From the NCBI RefSeq assembly GCF_001194135.2, contig NC_068981.1, forward strand, positions 197,824,497-197,886,678: 62,182 bases of DNA, written 5' to 3'. Made by a program: the position numbers and the translations under genes. This DNA is from Octopus bimaculoides (lineage: Eukaryota). Of this stretch, positions 23,860 to 34,599 are shown piece by piece. Below the pieces are notes generated by a model. It made no database searches. It had not been told where the DNA came from and saw only the letters and a program-made list of their open reading frames with translations. The first letter of the stretch is position 1; each line of letters opens with the position of its first letter.

Positions 23860-24055
23860 ACATGGACAGCTTGAGGGAAATGGGGCTGAGTCGATTGCAT
23901 CGACCTTTGTGTTCAACTGGTATTTGTTTAATCGACCCTGAAAGGCTGAAAGGCAAAGTCAACCTCGGCGAAATTTGAACTCAGAACGTAAACACAGGCG
24001 AAATGCCATTAAGCATTTTACCCGGCACGCTATCAATTCTGCCAGTTCGCCGCCT
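23860..24055 (-). mobile_element. SINE family D
   Basis: aaaggcaaagtcaacctcggcgaaatttgaactcagaacgt...ttctgccagttcgcc. Confidence 0.9.
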
Positions 24056-24943
24056 TTAAAGAAAATAATCGATATTTATTCGAAAGACAACTGATTGATA
24101 TATATATTCTTTTGAATTAGAGATTACTCTTATTCTTTTACTTGCTTCGGTCACGAGATTGTGGCCATGCTGGAGCACTGCTCCCAAAAATTTAGTCGAA
24201 CAAATCAAGCTATCATTTTAAAAGTCAGGTGCTTATTGGCGAACAGCTAAATTGCTGGGACATAAACAAACCAATACAAGATGTCAATTTGTAAGACGAA
24301 GAAAGAGATGCACAAACCACCACCACCCCACCACCATCCACCACCACCCACCGACACACGCGCGCAAGCATATTAACATACCACTTTTTTTTTTTGCTGT
24401 ACAACACACTCAGATTGTGAACAGGGTGGGGCTGTAGGCAAGGGACATAACTCTCAATAAATCCCACGTTTATTTGTCTTCTTCCCCCCACGACATCGTT
24501 TCGTCTTTTACCTTGAAACAGGATGTGACACTTCCTCACCTCCAGCAACAAAAAAGCTATCACCATTTTTCAATACCCGTCTTTTCTGATGAACACAATT
24601 ATTAGATAACCAACCAATGATCTAATATCCGGTGCAAAACTGATACCTAAAATCGCCTGTAAATGGATCTATAACACTGTCCAATGTGGTATCCATTTAA
24701 GAACGTTTCACTAAACGAACAAATTGAATAACGAACGGTTTTTCTAAAGAAGATTAGACTTGCAAACTGAACTGAAATTTAGATCAACAAACTACGATCA
24801 GAGTGGAAGCCCGTTGACCTATCAAGTTGAAATTTGAATAACAGACCTCGAGAATACAGTTCTATATTTAAGAGATGGGGAATTATGTACATTATTTACA
24901 TTATTTACATTTTGACGGATATTTGTCCTCATCTTGTTTGTTG

Positions 24944-24993
24944 TTAACACAACGTTTCGGCTGATATACCCTCCAGCCTTCATCAGGTGTTAA
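24944..24993 (-). ncRNA. Intact minimal type-I hammerhead ribozyme
   Basis: UUAACAC CUGAUGA A GGCUGG AGGGUAUA UCAGCC GAAAC GUU GUGUUAA: 7-bp helix I, canonical core, 6-bp helix II (one G-U), ACGU palindromic helix III, GUU cleavage triplet. Confidence 0.88.
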
Positions 24994-25857
24994 AATATAG
25001 GAGTAGAAGTTACTATGTGCTGCTGTTTGTATCCACCTGCTTGGTTTGTTCAGATACATCACATGTTAAATTACGAATCTGTCATAATCTGATAAATACA
25101 AATCGTGAATTGGTCTACGTATAAAGAATACCTAACCCCTAGACTGGGGAAATGGTCAGCTATAAGTGTAAGGATGCGCTGATCCAAATTTATTAATAAC
25201 TCCTTTATGATATTCCCCAATATAAACAGTGTTGATATAACTTGGTTAAGAATAAGATGGTGTAGTATTCCTCTTTCCTTGTAGCATTTTAATCGATCAA
25301 GAATGAGATTGATTAAATATGCATAATTAATGCAGTGCATTATTTGAAACGTACGTAGCTGATTAAATCATAAATATCTCCATTCCTTTGATTGTTTACT
25401 ATATGTATGTATATGTAGACGACATTTAAACAGCAAATCTAACTATTTCTCCATAGATTGAAAACATATCGAATAGCTTTAAATGGTTTTCCAACGATAT
25501 TCAAGTTCTCATTAGAAGTTCTCCCAATTCGTGAGCAACAAGTACCCAGTCTGTACCCAAGGATACAACATAATCCAGTCACTTCAAGATCTGGGCTTAT
25601 TCGCTTGCATTCAATGGATGTTTAACACTTTGTAAGGGTCTAGCTTGACCCTGCCTGAGATTTGAAATCAAATCCCCCGTCCTGTTGTTTGTCAAAATGA
25701 GCGGGAAATCTTCCACACTAGAAGATTGATGAGGAAACACTCCATCCCCTGTACTGGTCAAGGAAATGTCAGTCCTTTGTTTAAGGTTTCACATACATTA
25801 CTGACCATAACCGATATAACAGAGAGAATTTTCTTTCTCTTCTGATGTATCGGCTAT

Positions 25858-26491
25858 GACCAAGGAGCAACACCAGCTCTTAGGTCAGCCAGACCAAGGA
25901 GCATCACCGGCTCTTAGGTCAGCCAGACCAAGGAGCAACACCGGCTCTTAGGTCAGCCAGTCCAAGGAGCATCACCGGCTCTTAGGTCAGCCAGACCAAG
26001 GAGCATCACCGGCTCTTAGGTCAGCCAGACCAAGGAGCATCACCGGCTCTTANNNNNNNNNNNNNNNNNNNNNNNNNNNNNNNNNNNNNNNNNNNNNNNN
26101 NNNNNNNNNNNNNNNNNNNNNNNNNNNNNNNNNNNNNNNNNNNNNNNNNNNNNNNNNNNNNNNNNNNNNNNNNNNNNNNNNNNNNNNNNNNNNNNNNNNN
26201 NNNNNNNNNNNNNNNNNNNNNNNNNNNNNNNNNNNNNNNNNNNNNNNNNNNNNNNNNNNNNNNNNNNNNNNNNNNNNNNNNNNNNNNNNNNNNNNNNNNN
26301 NNGGAGCATCACCGGCTCTTAGGTCAGCCAGACCAAGGAGCATCACCGGCTCTTAGGTCAGCCAGACCAAGGAGCATCACCGGCTCTTAGGTCAGCCAGA
26401 CCAAGGAGCATCACCGGCTCTTAGGTCAGCCAGACCAAGAAGCATCACCGGCTCTTAGGTCAGCCAGACCAAGGAGCATCACCGGCTCTTA
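25858..26491. repeat. 34-bp minisatellite CCAAGGAGCATCACCGGCTCTTAGGTCAGCCAGA
   Basis: About 11 visible near-identical copies on both sides of a 250-N gap; degenerate units at both flanks. Confidence 0.95.
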
Positions 26492-27103
26492 TGTGTCAGC
26501 TATGATCAAGAGCAGCACTTCGCTCAACATGCGAAGAGGGGCTTTCAGCTGCAAGAAAGGCGATGCCACCTTTATCCTTTCTTCCTTTCTAGTCAGCACC
26601 ACGACTACCTTACTCTTTCCATCTCTACTGACAGACAACCTTTTTCTACATACCAACTACTAACCAGCAATTCATCCTTGTCGTCACTATCGCTAGAATC
26701 ACTATTGTCTCTGTAACAGTCTGTCCTTCTTGGTGTTAAATCTTCGATGTTCACTGGTTACTCCGGCGCGAGAACCTTGAAGCGTAACTTGACCCTTACA
26801 ACTTCATCCAGCACATGAGCGGCGTCCACGGGGAACTAAGCCAACAGTCCACACATCAAACTTTATAACAGATGTAAAGCTACGTGGAAGACATTTTGAA
26901 ATTTCTTCGTCCATTGCAAAATGAACAGCCTTGATCAATTTTCCAACTTTATCGGGGCCCACAATGTTGGTGGTGGAGGTGATCGTCGTCGTGTTTAGCC
27001 TTTGATCAGGCCCTGATCCTGCAGACTTTATAATAAGACGTTCTAAATATGACCCTCCTATCACATTTTTGTTACCCATTTGGTTTAATATAAAGATCTT
27101 CAT

Positions 27104-27954
27104 CCCTTAACAAAAACAAAATAAATACCAGCCTGTTGGATGTTAACAACTGTATAGAAAACGAATATGACAAAAAAAATTTGCGCAAATGAACCGGGAG
27201 GGGAGGACTTTCTGAAAATTCAGAAGATCCGATTTTTCCGTCAAAAATTTTCAAAAATCGNNNNNNNNNNNNNNNNNNNNNNNNNNNNNNNNNNNNNNNN
27301 NNNNNNNNNNNNNNNNNNNNNNNNNNNNNNNNNNNNNNNNNNNNNNNNNNNNNNNNNNNNNNNNNNNNNNNNNNNNNNNNNNNNNNNNNNNNNNNNNNNN
27401 NNNNNNNNNNNNNNNNNNNNNNNNNNNNNNNNNNNNNNNNNNNNNNNNNNNNNNNNNNNNNNNNNNNNNNNNNNNNNNNNNNNNNNNNNNNNNNNNNNNN
27501 NNNNNNNNNNNNNNNNNNNNNNNNNNNNNNNNNNNNNNNNNNNNNNNNNNNNNNNNNNNNNNNNNNNNNNNNNNNNNNNNNNNNNNNNNNNNNNNNNNNN
27601 NNNNNNNNNNNNNNNNNNNNNNNNNNNNNNNNNNNNNNNNNNNNNNNNNNNNNNNNNNNNNNNNNNNNNNNNNNNNNNNNNNNNNNNNNNNNNNNNNNNN
27701 NNNNNNNNNNNNNNNNNNNNNNNNNNNNNNNNNNNNNNNNNNNNNNNNNNNNNNNNNNNNNNNNNNNNNNNNNNNNNNNNNNNNNNNNNNNNNNNNNNNN
27801 NNNNNNNNNNNNNNNNNNNNNNNNNNNNNNNNNNNNNNNNNNNNNNNNNNNNNNNNNNNNNNNNNNNNTTTTTTTTTTTTTTTTGTCATATTCGTTTTCT
27901 ACACAATTATCAAGCCCCCTGCAGTCTGAACTTTTTGTTGTTTTTGTTAACGGG
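27104..27954. mobile_element. DNA transposon/MITE with ~80-bp imperfect TIRs, centre in a gap
   Basis: CCC(G)TTAACAAAAAC...TAGAAAACGAATATGACAAAAAAA on the left is mirrored at 27870-27954; TA follows the right end. Confidence 0.75.
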
Positions 27955-28046
27955 TAGACACAATGTTATTTTCCAATGTGATCGTCTTTATTTTTATATT
28001 ATTGGAAATTTGTTCTCAGTGTTCGCAACTTCACATTCATCGGCCC

Positions 28047-28084
28047 AAGGGAGATAATAAAATATTTAACTTATTATCTCCCTT
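28047..28084. repeat. Perfect 14-bp hairpin, 10-nt loop
   Basis: AAGGGAGATAATAA-aatatttaac-TTATTATCTCCCTT. Confidence 0.9.
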
Positions 28085-28903
28085 AATTCTTACTTTGCTA
28101 TTTAACAAAACAATTAACTTGATAATAGCATTATCAGTGTTAATGAGATCTTTGTTTCTCGTTGACGAAAAAGTAACGAAATTGAAATTTCAAAATAAAT
28201 TATGGAAGGAATCGAATCTTTATAACTGAAAATACTGGAATCAATATTTCTTATTTTTCCGTTTGTGTTTAAACATTTCCAAAAATTTGTTTCCAATTAA
28301 AGAAAACCTCAACACTTTGGATCTTTATTGCTCTGTTCCAAACTTTTCCCGGTGTCACATAACACATAGGAAAATATCTGTTCAGTATCGATAATTCCAA
28401 ATATGGAATGTACTAAAACAAGGAATGGTGAAATAGTTTTTCCTTATTATTATTTTTTTAAATCTAAGATGATATATCCTTTAATGTGTTGTACCACATT
28501 TTGCAACTCGATTATGCAAGAAACTGTGTAGAAGCTGCTAGATTGGTAGAAATAACTGCCAGACATCCCTCAAATTACGTCTTCTTTCTTAGAAAAAAAA
28601 ACACGTTAGAGAATAAAAGCCGGGGGAACAAAAATAACTGCTCATCTTTATTTTAATTACTACCTTTTTCTTAAAGTTTACTTGTGTAATTTTTTTCTTT
28701 TACGTAAATGGTGTTATTTTTCCCAACAAAATTTTAATTCATTTTGTAGAATTAAACTAAGATTAATCTTTAAAACGTACGTGTGAAACTTAAAATCTAA
28801 AGTGTAGAAACGAGGGTAAGTTTTAAATAATTGTCAATCACAAACACGTTGCCCTGATTTCGTAACGTCTCTACACAATTATAACAAGGGATTGCCTTCC
28901 TCA

Positions 28904-28929
28904 TTCACCGGTTTTCACCGCCGGTGAAA
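28904..28929 (+). promoter_or_regulatory. Palindromic TTCACCG motif cluster just upstream of the DHX35 ATG
   Basis: TTTCACCG-C-CGGTGAAA at 28913-28929 plus a third TTCACCG at 28904, in a locally CpG-rich stretch. Function is inferred only. Confidence 0.35.
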
Positions 28930-28968
28930 CACGAACTCATGCTTTGATTTCGAATCCGGACTAAAGTT

Positions 28969-29349
28969 ATGGCAACATTCAAACCAAAGTTTTGGCGCCC
29001 TGGAGATGAAGATCCGAGATCTATCCTCCAAGAGGAACGAGTCTATGAAAGTGGAGAGCAATATGCTGTCTATAATCCTTATTTATCGATGACAATTCAA
29101 CAACAGCGGCAAAAGCTGCCCGTTTTCGCTTTACGAACTCACATTCTTTATTTGGTGGAAACGTATCCTGTTGTTGTTATTGTCGGTCATACCGGTTGTG
29201 GTAAAAGTACCCAGGTACCACAGTATCTGCTTGAGGCTGGTTGGACTGGACAACGTTACAAAATCGCTGTTTGCCAACCAAGGCGTGTGGCCGCTGTTAC
29301 TTTGGCCAAAAGAGTCTCAGAAGAACGAGGAACAATGCTCGGTGATGAG
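28969..29349 (+). CDS. DHX35: DEAH-box RNA helicase DHX35, coding exon 1 (127 aa)
   Basis: MATFKPKFWRPG..EER..VYNPY..IQQQRQKLPVF N-terminus typical of DHX35; motif I GHTGCGKST; motif Ia QPRRVAA; ends GDE|GTCAGT donor, phase 0. Confidence 0.95.
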
Positions 29350-29469
29350 GTCAGTTTGATGTTGATGTTATTGTTGTTGTTGCTGAATATTTAGTGACGA
29401 AGGTAACAACACGATGTTGTATTAAGTTATTTAAAATATTTAGTCTCGTTGACAGTCATTTGAAGGCAG

Positions 29470-29640
29470 TTTTCTAGTTATGTCCCATTATGTTCTGAGT
29501 TCAAGTCCAGCCAGGGTCATCATTGTTACCTTTCAATTCCCTTAGTTCAGTAAAATAAATGCCTGTCAGATATAACGAAAACTTTGGGGCAATTAATTGC
29601 ACTCTCTCCGACAATAATTAACCTCTGCCTAAATAATAGT
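29470..29640 (+). mobile_element. Degraded SINE family D copy in the DHX35 intron
   Basis: tatgttctgagttcaagtccagccagggtc...tacctttcaattccctt...aaaataaatgcc. Confidence 0.55.
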
Positions 29641-30059
29641 TTGTTTTATTTATTTTTGCGTAAATAATAAAACGTGGTTTGTGTAGAGTCGATGCCCTTT
29701 TCGATTCCCTGTTGAAACTGTTTCACTTCATTTAAAATAGAAATATAGTTTCCTATTTTATAATCATGAATTACCACACGACTTCTAATTAAGAATTATA
29801 CAGTTAATCAGACGGTAGTGAGTTCAGAGTTATAAATTTAGAATGAATAAAGTAGCTAACCCAGACTGCTGGTCAAACAAAGGTGCCACCTCTAGCAATG
29901 TAATGAGTGAAACTCCAGCTTACTCTACTAAACTGTAACTAGGTGCCATACAGGTATATCGTAATATTGAGTTGCTACCTTTGGGAAAAATTGGAGTTTA
30001 GCGAATGAATTAAGGAATCCGTGGAGGGTCATTTGACCAGCTAGAAATAGTAACCAAAA

Positions 30060-30260
30060 TTCCCTCAAATTATGCCGTTTTTGCAAAGCCCATGGGTCGT
30101 TCATAGATGGTAATGGTCAAACCACCATTGGTCACCATTGCTCTGGATGTGGTCCGCTGACTTTGGCTTCTGTGATTCAGATTCAACGGATAAGATTTAT
30201 CTCGAATTCCTTTCATGTTAAACAATCTGTGGCCATTAAAAGCCCAGCTTTAACAAACTG
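30060..30260 (-). mobile_element. Probable CR1/L2-type LINE 3' remnant
   Basis: SWAFNGHRLFNMKGIRD resembles the LINE ORF2 C-terminal NGPRLFNxLP..IRD; short. Confidence 0.4.
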
Positions 30261-31320
30261 TTGCGTTTATTTACAATCCTGTTCATATTTTATTCTTTGG
30301 GGTAGAGAACTTTGTTAATTCTCCAAAAGGAAGGAAAGACGGTGTTTGGGCTATAAGTGCAATTAATTGGAGGTAAAATACAGTAAGAGTGAGGAGAGAC
30401 AGGTGTAATATACGGATATATGAACCATTACAATATTATGATATTATATTCGGGTAATGGTTTGTAATTAAATAGTTTAGAAAAGCAGATGCTGTTGTAG
30501 TGGTAGAAGAGGCACAGAGAAGACACAGTATGTCTCTGAGTGAGTGGTTGTAGTAGTAGTAGTAGTAGTAGTTTAGTTCCATAAAGGTGTTGTTTAAACC
30601 ATTATTCTTGTCCTTACCAATTGATAATATTTTGTATTTGTAACCTTAATGTCCGTTGATTTAATTATGACAAATAATCGAGAATTTATATTTTCATCGT
30701 GAATGTATCTCCTTTCAGTTTATCTCTAAGGAACATCTTCTGACTGTTGCCCAGAGATAGGGGGAAAAGTAGTTATGTAGGTAAATGGTAGAATGGTTAT
30801 GAATAGAGCAACTTTGATCTGGGATCTTCTCAGTAAGGCCTGACCTTGGGCTAAACAGCCACAAAATACCTCCAGCAGATTTGATCCCAAGACCTATCAA
30901 TTGGTAACACTCTTGCTCATCCTCACAACTATTTCATCTTGATGACTTTCCGTAGATTTAATTAGAAACTAAACTGAACTCATTTGTTGTAACCTGGTGA
31001 GAAAGACTATACTAAATATTTAATTAAACAACTCATGTCTAAATATCTAATCAAGCAGAGTGTGGTAGCTGTTATGTCTAGCAGGTCAAACTCGATAACT
31101 CAGAGACGCCAGCCACATCAAAAACAATAGTTAACATATTTAATGTTGAGAGCATTGAAAATGTAAATAGTTGTGTGGTAAAGAAATAACACCGTTTGAA
31201 TCTCTAAATAATAATAATAATAATAATGATGATGATGATGATAGCTGAAATAAATGTTGTTTGATTTCCCTAGTTGCACTTTACATTGTATAGAGGGAAG
31301 CATTATCATCATCATTTTTG

Positions 31321-31447
31321 GTAGAAACTCTGCCAAATCAGACTGGAGCCTGGTGTTGCCATCCGGTTTCACCAGTCCTCAGTCAAATCGTCCAACCCAT
31401 GCTAGCTTGGAAAGCGGACGTTAAACGATGATGATGATGATGATGAT
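31321..31447 (+). mobile_element. RTE-type 3' end with (GAT)n tail
   Basis: gtagaaactctgccaaatcagactggagcctggtg...ggacgttaaac(gat)n, homologous to the RTE 3' UTR at 37655-37800. Confidence 0.85.
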
Positions 31448-31620
31448 TTGTTTTCCATAGGTTGGATGGTTTGATAGGAGCTGGCAAGGCTGGGGAACTG
31501 CACCAAGATCCAATTGTTTCTTGTGGCATGGTTTCTATGGTTGGATGCCCTTCCTAAAGCCAACCACTTTACACAGTGTAACTGGGTGCTTTTTACATGG
31601 TACCAGCACCAGTGGGATCA
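31448..31620 (-). mobile_element. RTE-type 3' end, inverted relative to the previous copy
   Basis: ttttccataggttggatggtttga...ggttggatgcccttcctaaagccaaccac. Confidence 0.8.
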
Positions 31621-32169
31621 CCAAGTAAAGATCCTTCTATTGTAATAGATAGTTGTCCTCCTGACCATCCCAGTAGGACAAGTGAGGAGAGTAAAAAAGA
31701 ATTACCATAAGAAGTACAGGGTGAGTGCATATGCCAGGCTTTGTGGCTGGTAATGAGTAGAGAAATACTACACACACACACACTTCAACAAGGGACTGTA
31801 GATTCTCCTCTTTCAGTAATTTGTGTCTTTCCTTGGATCTAAGAACACCAAACTGATATAGGACCTTGTTAGTGAAAATGTTTAAATATGAACCAAAATA
31901 ATGAAGCACTTCTTTATAAGTAATAAGGATATCATTTTGAGACACAGGCATGACTGTGTGGGAAGGAAACTTGCTTCACACCCTTAATATGGTTCTGGAC
32001 AAATGTCTTCATCTTTTTTGTGTAGACATGGTTTAAACAATACCAGGTGCATGTCTGGAATTCCATGGACACAGGACCAGGCCTGCCATGAATGTGAATG
32101 GCTGTACATGTCCGTGTGCCCTTATTTATATGGTGTCACTTTATATGTCTTCTGACTTAACTGTTTGAC

Positions 32170-32260
32170 AAACAGAGACTGAAATAAGCACTGGGGTCAA
32201 TATGGTCAACTAAACAGTGCTCCAGCATGGCCACAGTCTTTTGATCGGAATTCATTAAAG
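32170..32260 (+). mobile_element. SINE tail fragment (family C type 1 tail)
   Basis: aataagcactggggtcaat...cagtgctccagcatggccacagtc, as at 37340-37410; also inverted at ~24135-24215. Confidence 0.6.
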
Positions 32261-32424
32261 AATAAAGCCTATTTAATATTTAAGTGTGTTAATGAACTAA
32301 TTAAGTTAATGTATCTCAAAATACTAATTAAAATGTCCTGATTATTATAATTGAATTCAATTACAAGTAACCTGTAGTTTGTCTTCTAATTTTATTAACA
32401 AGAAATTTTTTTCTACAATTCCAG

Positions 32425-34134
32425 ATTGGTTTTCATGTTAGGTTTGACCAGTGTTATGATGCTGAGACGACAAGTATCATCTTTCTTACTGACGGAATGC
32501 TGATTCGAGAGATTTTCTCTGACCCTCTGCTCACAAAGTACAGTGTGATTATGGTAGACGAAGCTCATGAACGCACTCAACACACAGATATCCTAATTGG
32601 GCTGCTGAAGAAGATTTTAGCTCGACGCAAAGATCTTCGTGTCATCATTGCTTCTGCGACACTCGATGCTGCCGAAGTTAAAAACTTCTTCAATACCAAT
32701 TTAACAGATAATCCCAAGTTGGACACTGCAACAATTCTTAGTATTGAAGGACGAGGTTACCCTGTGGACATCCATTATGCCATTGACCCTCTGCCAAATT
32801 ACGTCCAGGCAACTGTGGAGACAATCCTAAAGATTCACCATAATGAAGTCCCTGGGGACATTTTGGCTTTCCTCACAGGTCAAGATGAAGTTGAAACTGT
32901 TGTTCATCAATTGATACAAGAAGCTAGAAGAATGGGCCAAGATGTCAAGATGAAAATGAAAGTATTACGAATGTATGGAAGCCTACCAGCATCAGAACAG
33001 CTAAAGGTGTTTGACAGAACAGCAAAAACCACACGCAAAATTGTGGTTGCTACAAATATTGCTGAGACTTCTGTCACAATTCATGGCATTGTTTTTGTTG
33101 TGGATTGTGGTTTTGTCAAACTGCGTGCTTATAACGCAGAAACTGGTGTTGAAAGTTTAATCACTGTACCAATATCTCAAGCATCTGCAGACCAAAGAGC
33201 TGGCCGTGCTGGCCGTGTCCGCCATGGAAAAACATTCCGACTCTATCCAGAATCAGAGTACAATAAGCTGTCAGCAGCAACAGTTCCAGAAATCCAACGC
33301 AGTGAGCTTTCCCCTGTGATATTACAGTTAAAGGCCCTGGGTGTGAAAAATGTACTTCGGTTCAATTTTCTCTCTGCTCCACCTGCAATGAATATGTTGC
33401 ACAGCTTTGAACTGCTCTACGCACTTTCAGCATTGGATGAAGATGGAGACTTAACAACACCACTCGGTATGAACATGGCGGAATTTCCTCTCTCACCAAT
33501 GTTTGCGAAAATGCTTTTAACAGCTGCTGACTTTGAATGCACAGAAGAAGCATTAACCATTGCATCTCTGATGCAGATTGAAAATGTTTTTGTGTCTCCA
33601 AGTAACGAAAAGAAAGCTGCCGAACGAGCTAAAACGAAATTTAGCGTCCACGAAGGGGACCATATTACTATGGTCAATGTTTATAATGCTTTCCTTGAAC
33701 ACAATAAAAGCAGCCAATGGTGTGCAGAGAATTATTTAAACTTGAAGGGACTGAATCGGGCTTGCAACATTCGCAACCAACTGAAACAAATGCTAAAAAA
33801 GTTCAAAGTTCAGTTAGTGTCATGTGGTGATAACACGGAATTGTTGCAGCGATGCATAGCAGCAGCTTTCTTTGCAAATGCTGCTCGTTTACATTATGAT
33901 GGCACTTATCGGACAATTCGAAACAACCATTGTTTACACATTCACCCAACGTCCGTCCTTTACACAGACACACCACCTCAGTGGGTGGTGTTTAATGAAG
34001 TCATACAAACGAACAAGGACTACATGCGAGACATCACAACCATCCGACCAGGGTGGCTCTGTGAATTGGCCCCACATTTCTTTCAGTTTGGTACAGAATC
34101 AGAAATTGCCAAAAAAAGGGCCAAATTTACCTGA
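32425..34134 (+). CDS. DHX35: DEAH-box RNA helicase DHX35, coding exon 2 (569 aa + stop)
   Basis: Uninterrupted frame IGFHVRFDQC..TDGMLIRE..DEAH..SAT..FLTGQ..TNIAETSVT..QRAGRAGR, then HA2 and OB-fold to AKKRAKFT*; collinear with DHX35 (~700 aa). Total 696 aa. Confidence 0.97.
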   Translation: MGFHVRFDQCYDAETTSIIFLTDGMLIREIFSDPLLTKYSVIMVDEAHERTQHTDILIGLLKKILARRKDLRVIIASATLDAAEVKNFFNTNLTDNPKLDTATILSIEGRGYPVDIHYAIDPLPNYVQATVETILKIHHNEVPGDILAFLTGQDEVETVVHQLIQEARRMGQDVKMKMKVLRMYGSLPASEQLKVFDRTAKTTRKIVVATNIAETSVTIHGIVFVVDCGFVKLRAYNAETGVESLITVPISQASADQRAGRAGRVRHGKTFRLYPESEYNKLSAATVPEIQRSELSPVILQLKALGVKNVLRFNFLSAPPAMNMLHSFELLYALSALDEDGDLTTPLGMNMAEFPLSPMFAKMLLTAADFECTEEALTIASLMQIENVFVSPSNEKKAAERAKTKFSVHEGDHITMVNVYNAFLEHNKSSQWCAENYLNLKGLNRACNIRNQLKQMLKKFKVQLVSCGDNTELLQRCIAAAFFANAARLHYDGTYRTIRNNHCLHIHPTSVLYTDTPPQWVVFNEVIQTNKDYMRDITTIRPGWLCELAPHFFQFGTESEIAKKRAKFT

Positions 34135-34507
34135 AATATTTTCTCATGGATCAAGATTGTTTTGTTTGTTTATATTTATGCAAAGTGTTTGTTTCACTTA
34201 AGCAAGTGGTTAACAACTTCACTTTGCAATTATATGCTTCTGGGTTCAATCCTGCTGTGAGGTATCTCAGGGAAGTGTCTTCTCAACTCAAGCCCTCTCA
34301 GGGAAATTCTATTGACAGGTGCTTGTGTTAGATGCCCTGTACCACTCCAACAACAGTATACTCAGCCACATCACCCACTGGCCATTTACTACCTTTTGCA
34401 GGGTCTACTCCATTGTAAATACAGCAAATCTTTGCTGTCCTTCTTGCACTGCACTCACACACAGAAACAAACGTCTCAGGGGCTGCTCTTTCTCCTAGCT
34501 CTAAGCC

Positions 34508-34553
34508 ATGTGTGTGTGTGTGTGTAGATCTATATATGTATATATCTGTCTAT

Positions 34554-34599
<46 letters not shown>

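Larger units (their letters stand above)
29350..32424 (+). other. DHX35: DHX35 intron (3,075 nt, GT-AG, phase 0)
   Basis: Donor GTCAGT; acceptor tttttttctacaattccAG; splicing restores LGDE-IGFHVRFDQC (canonical LGxEVGYxIRF). Confidence 0.92.

Noticed and set aside
25858-26491. 34-bp array as a CRISPR array or coding repeat
   Set aside because: Units are contiguous with no spacers, and 34 is not a multiple of 3, so stops occur across units.
28816-28966. Possible 5' UTR intron (GTAAGT donor, AAG acceptor)
   Set aside because: No polypyrimidine tract at the acceptor; not supportable without transcripts.
29350-29394. ORF extension SLMLMLLLLLLNI* as a real C-terminus
   Set aside because: It is read-through into the intron; splicing at 29349 restores the conserved helicase sequence.
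30935-30985. Intronic C/D snoRNA (TGATGA..CTGA)
   Set aside because: Boxes are only ~30 nt apart with no terminal stem.
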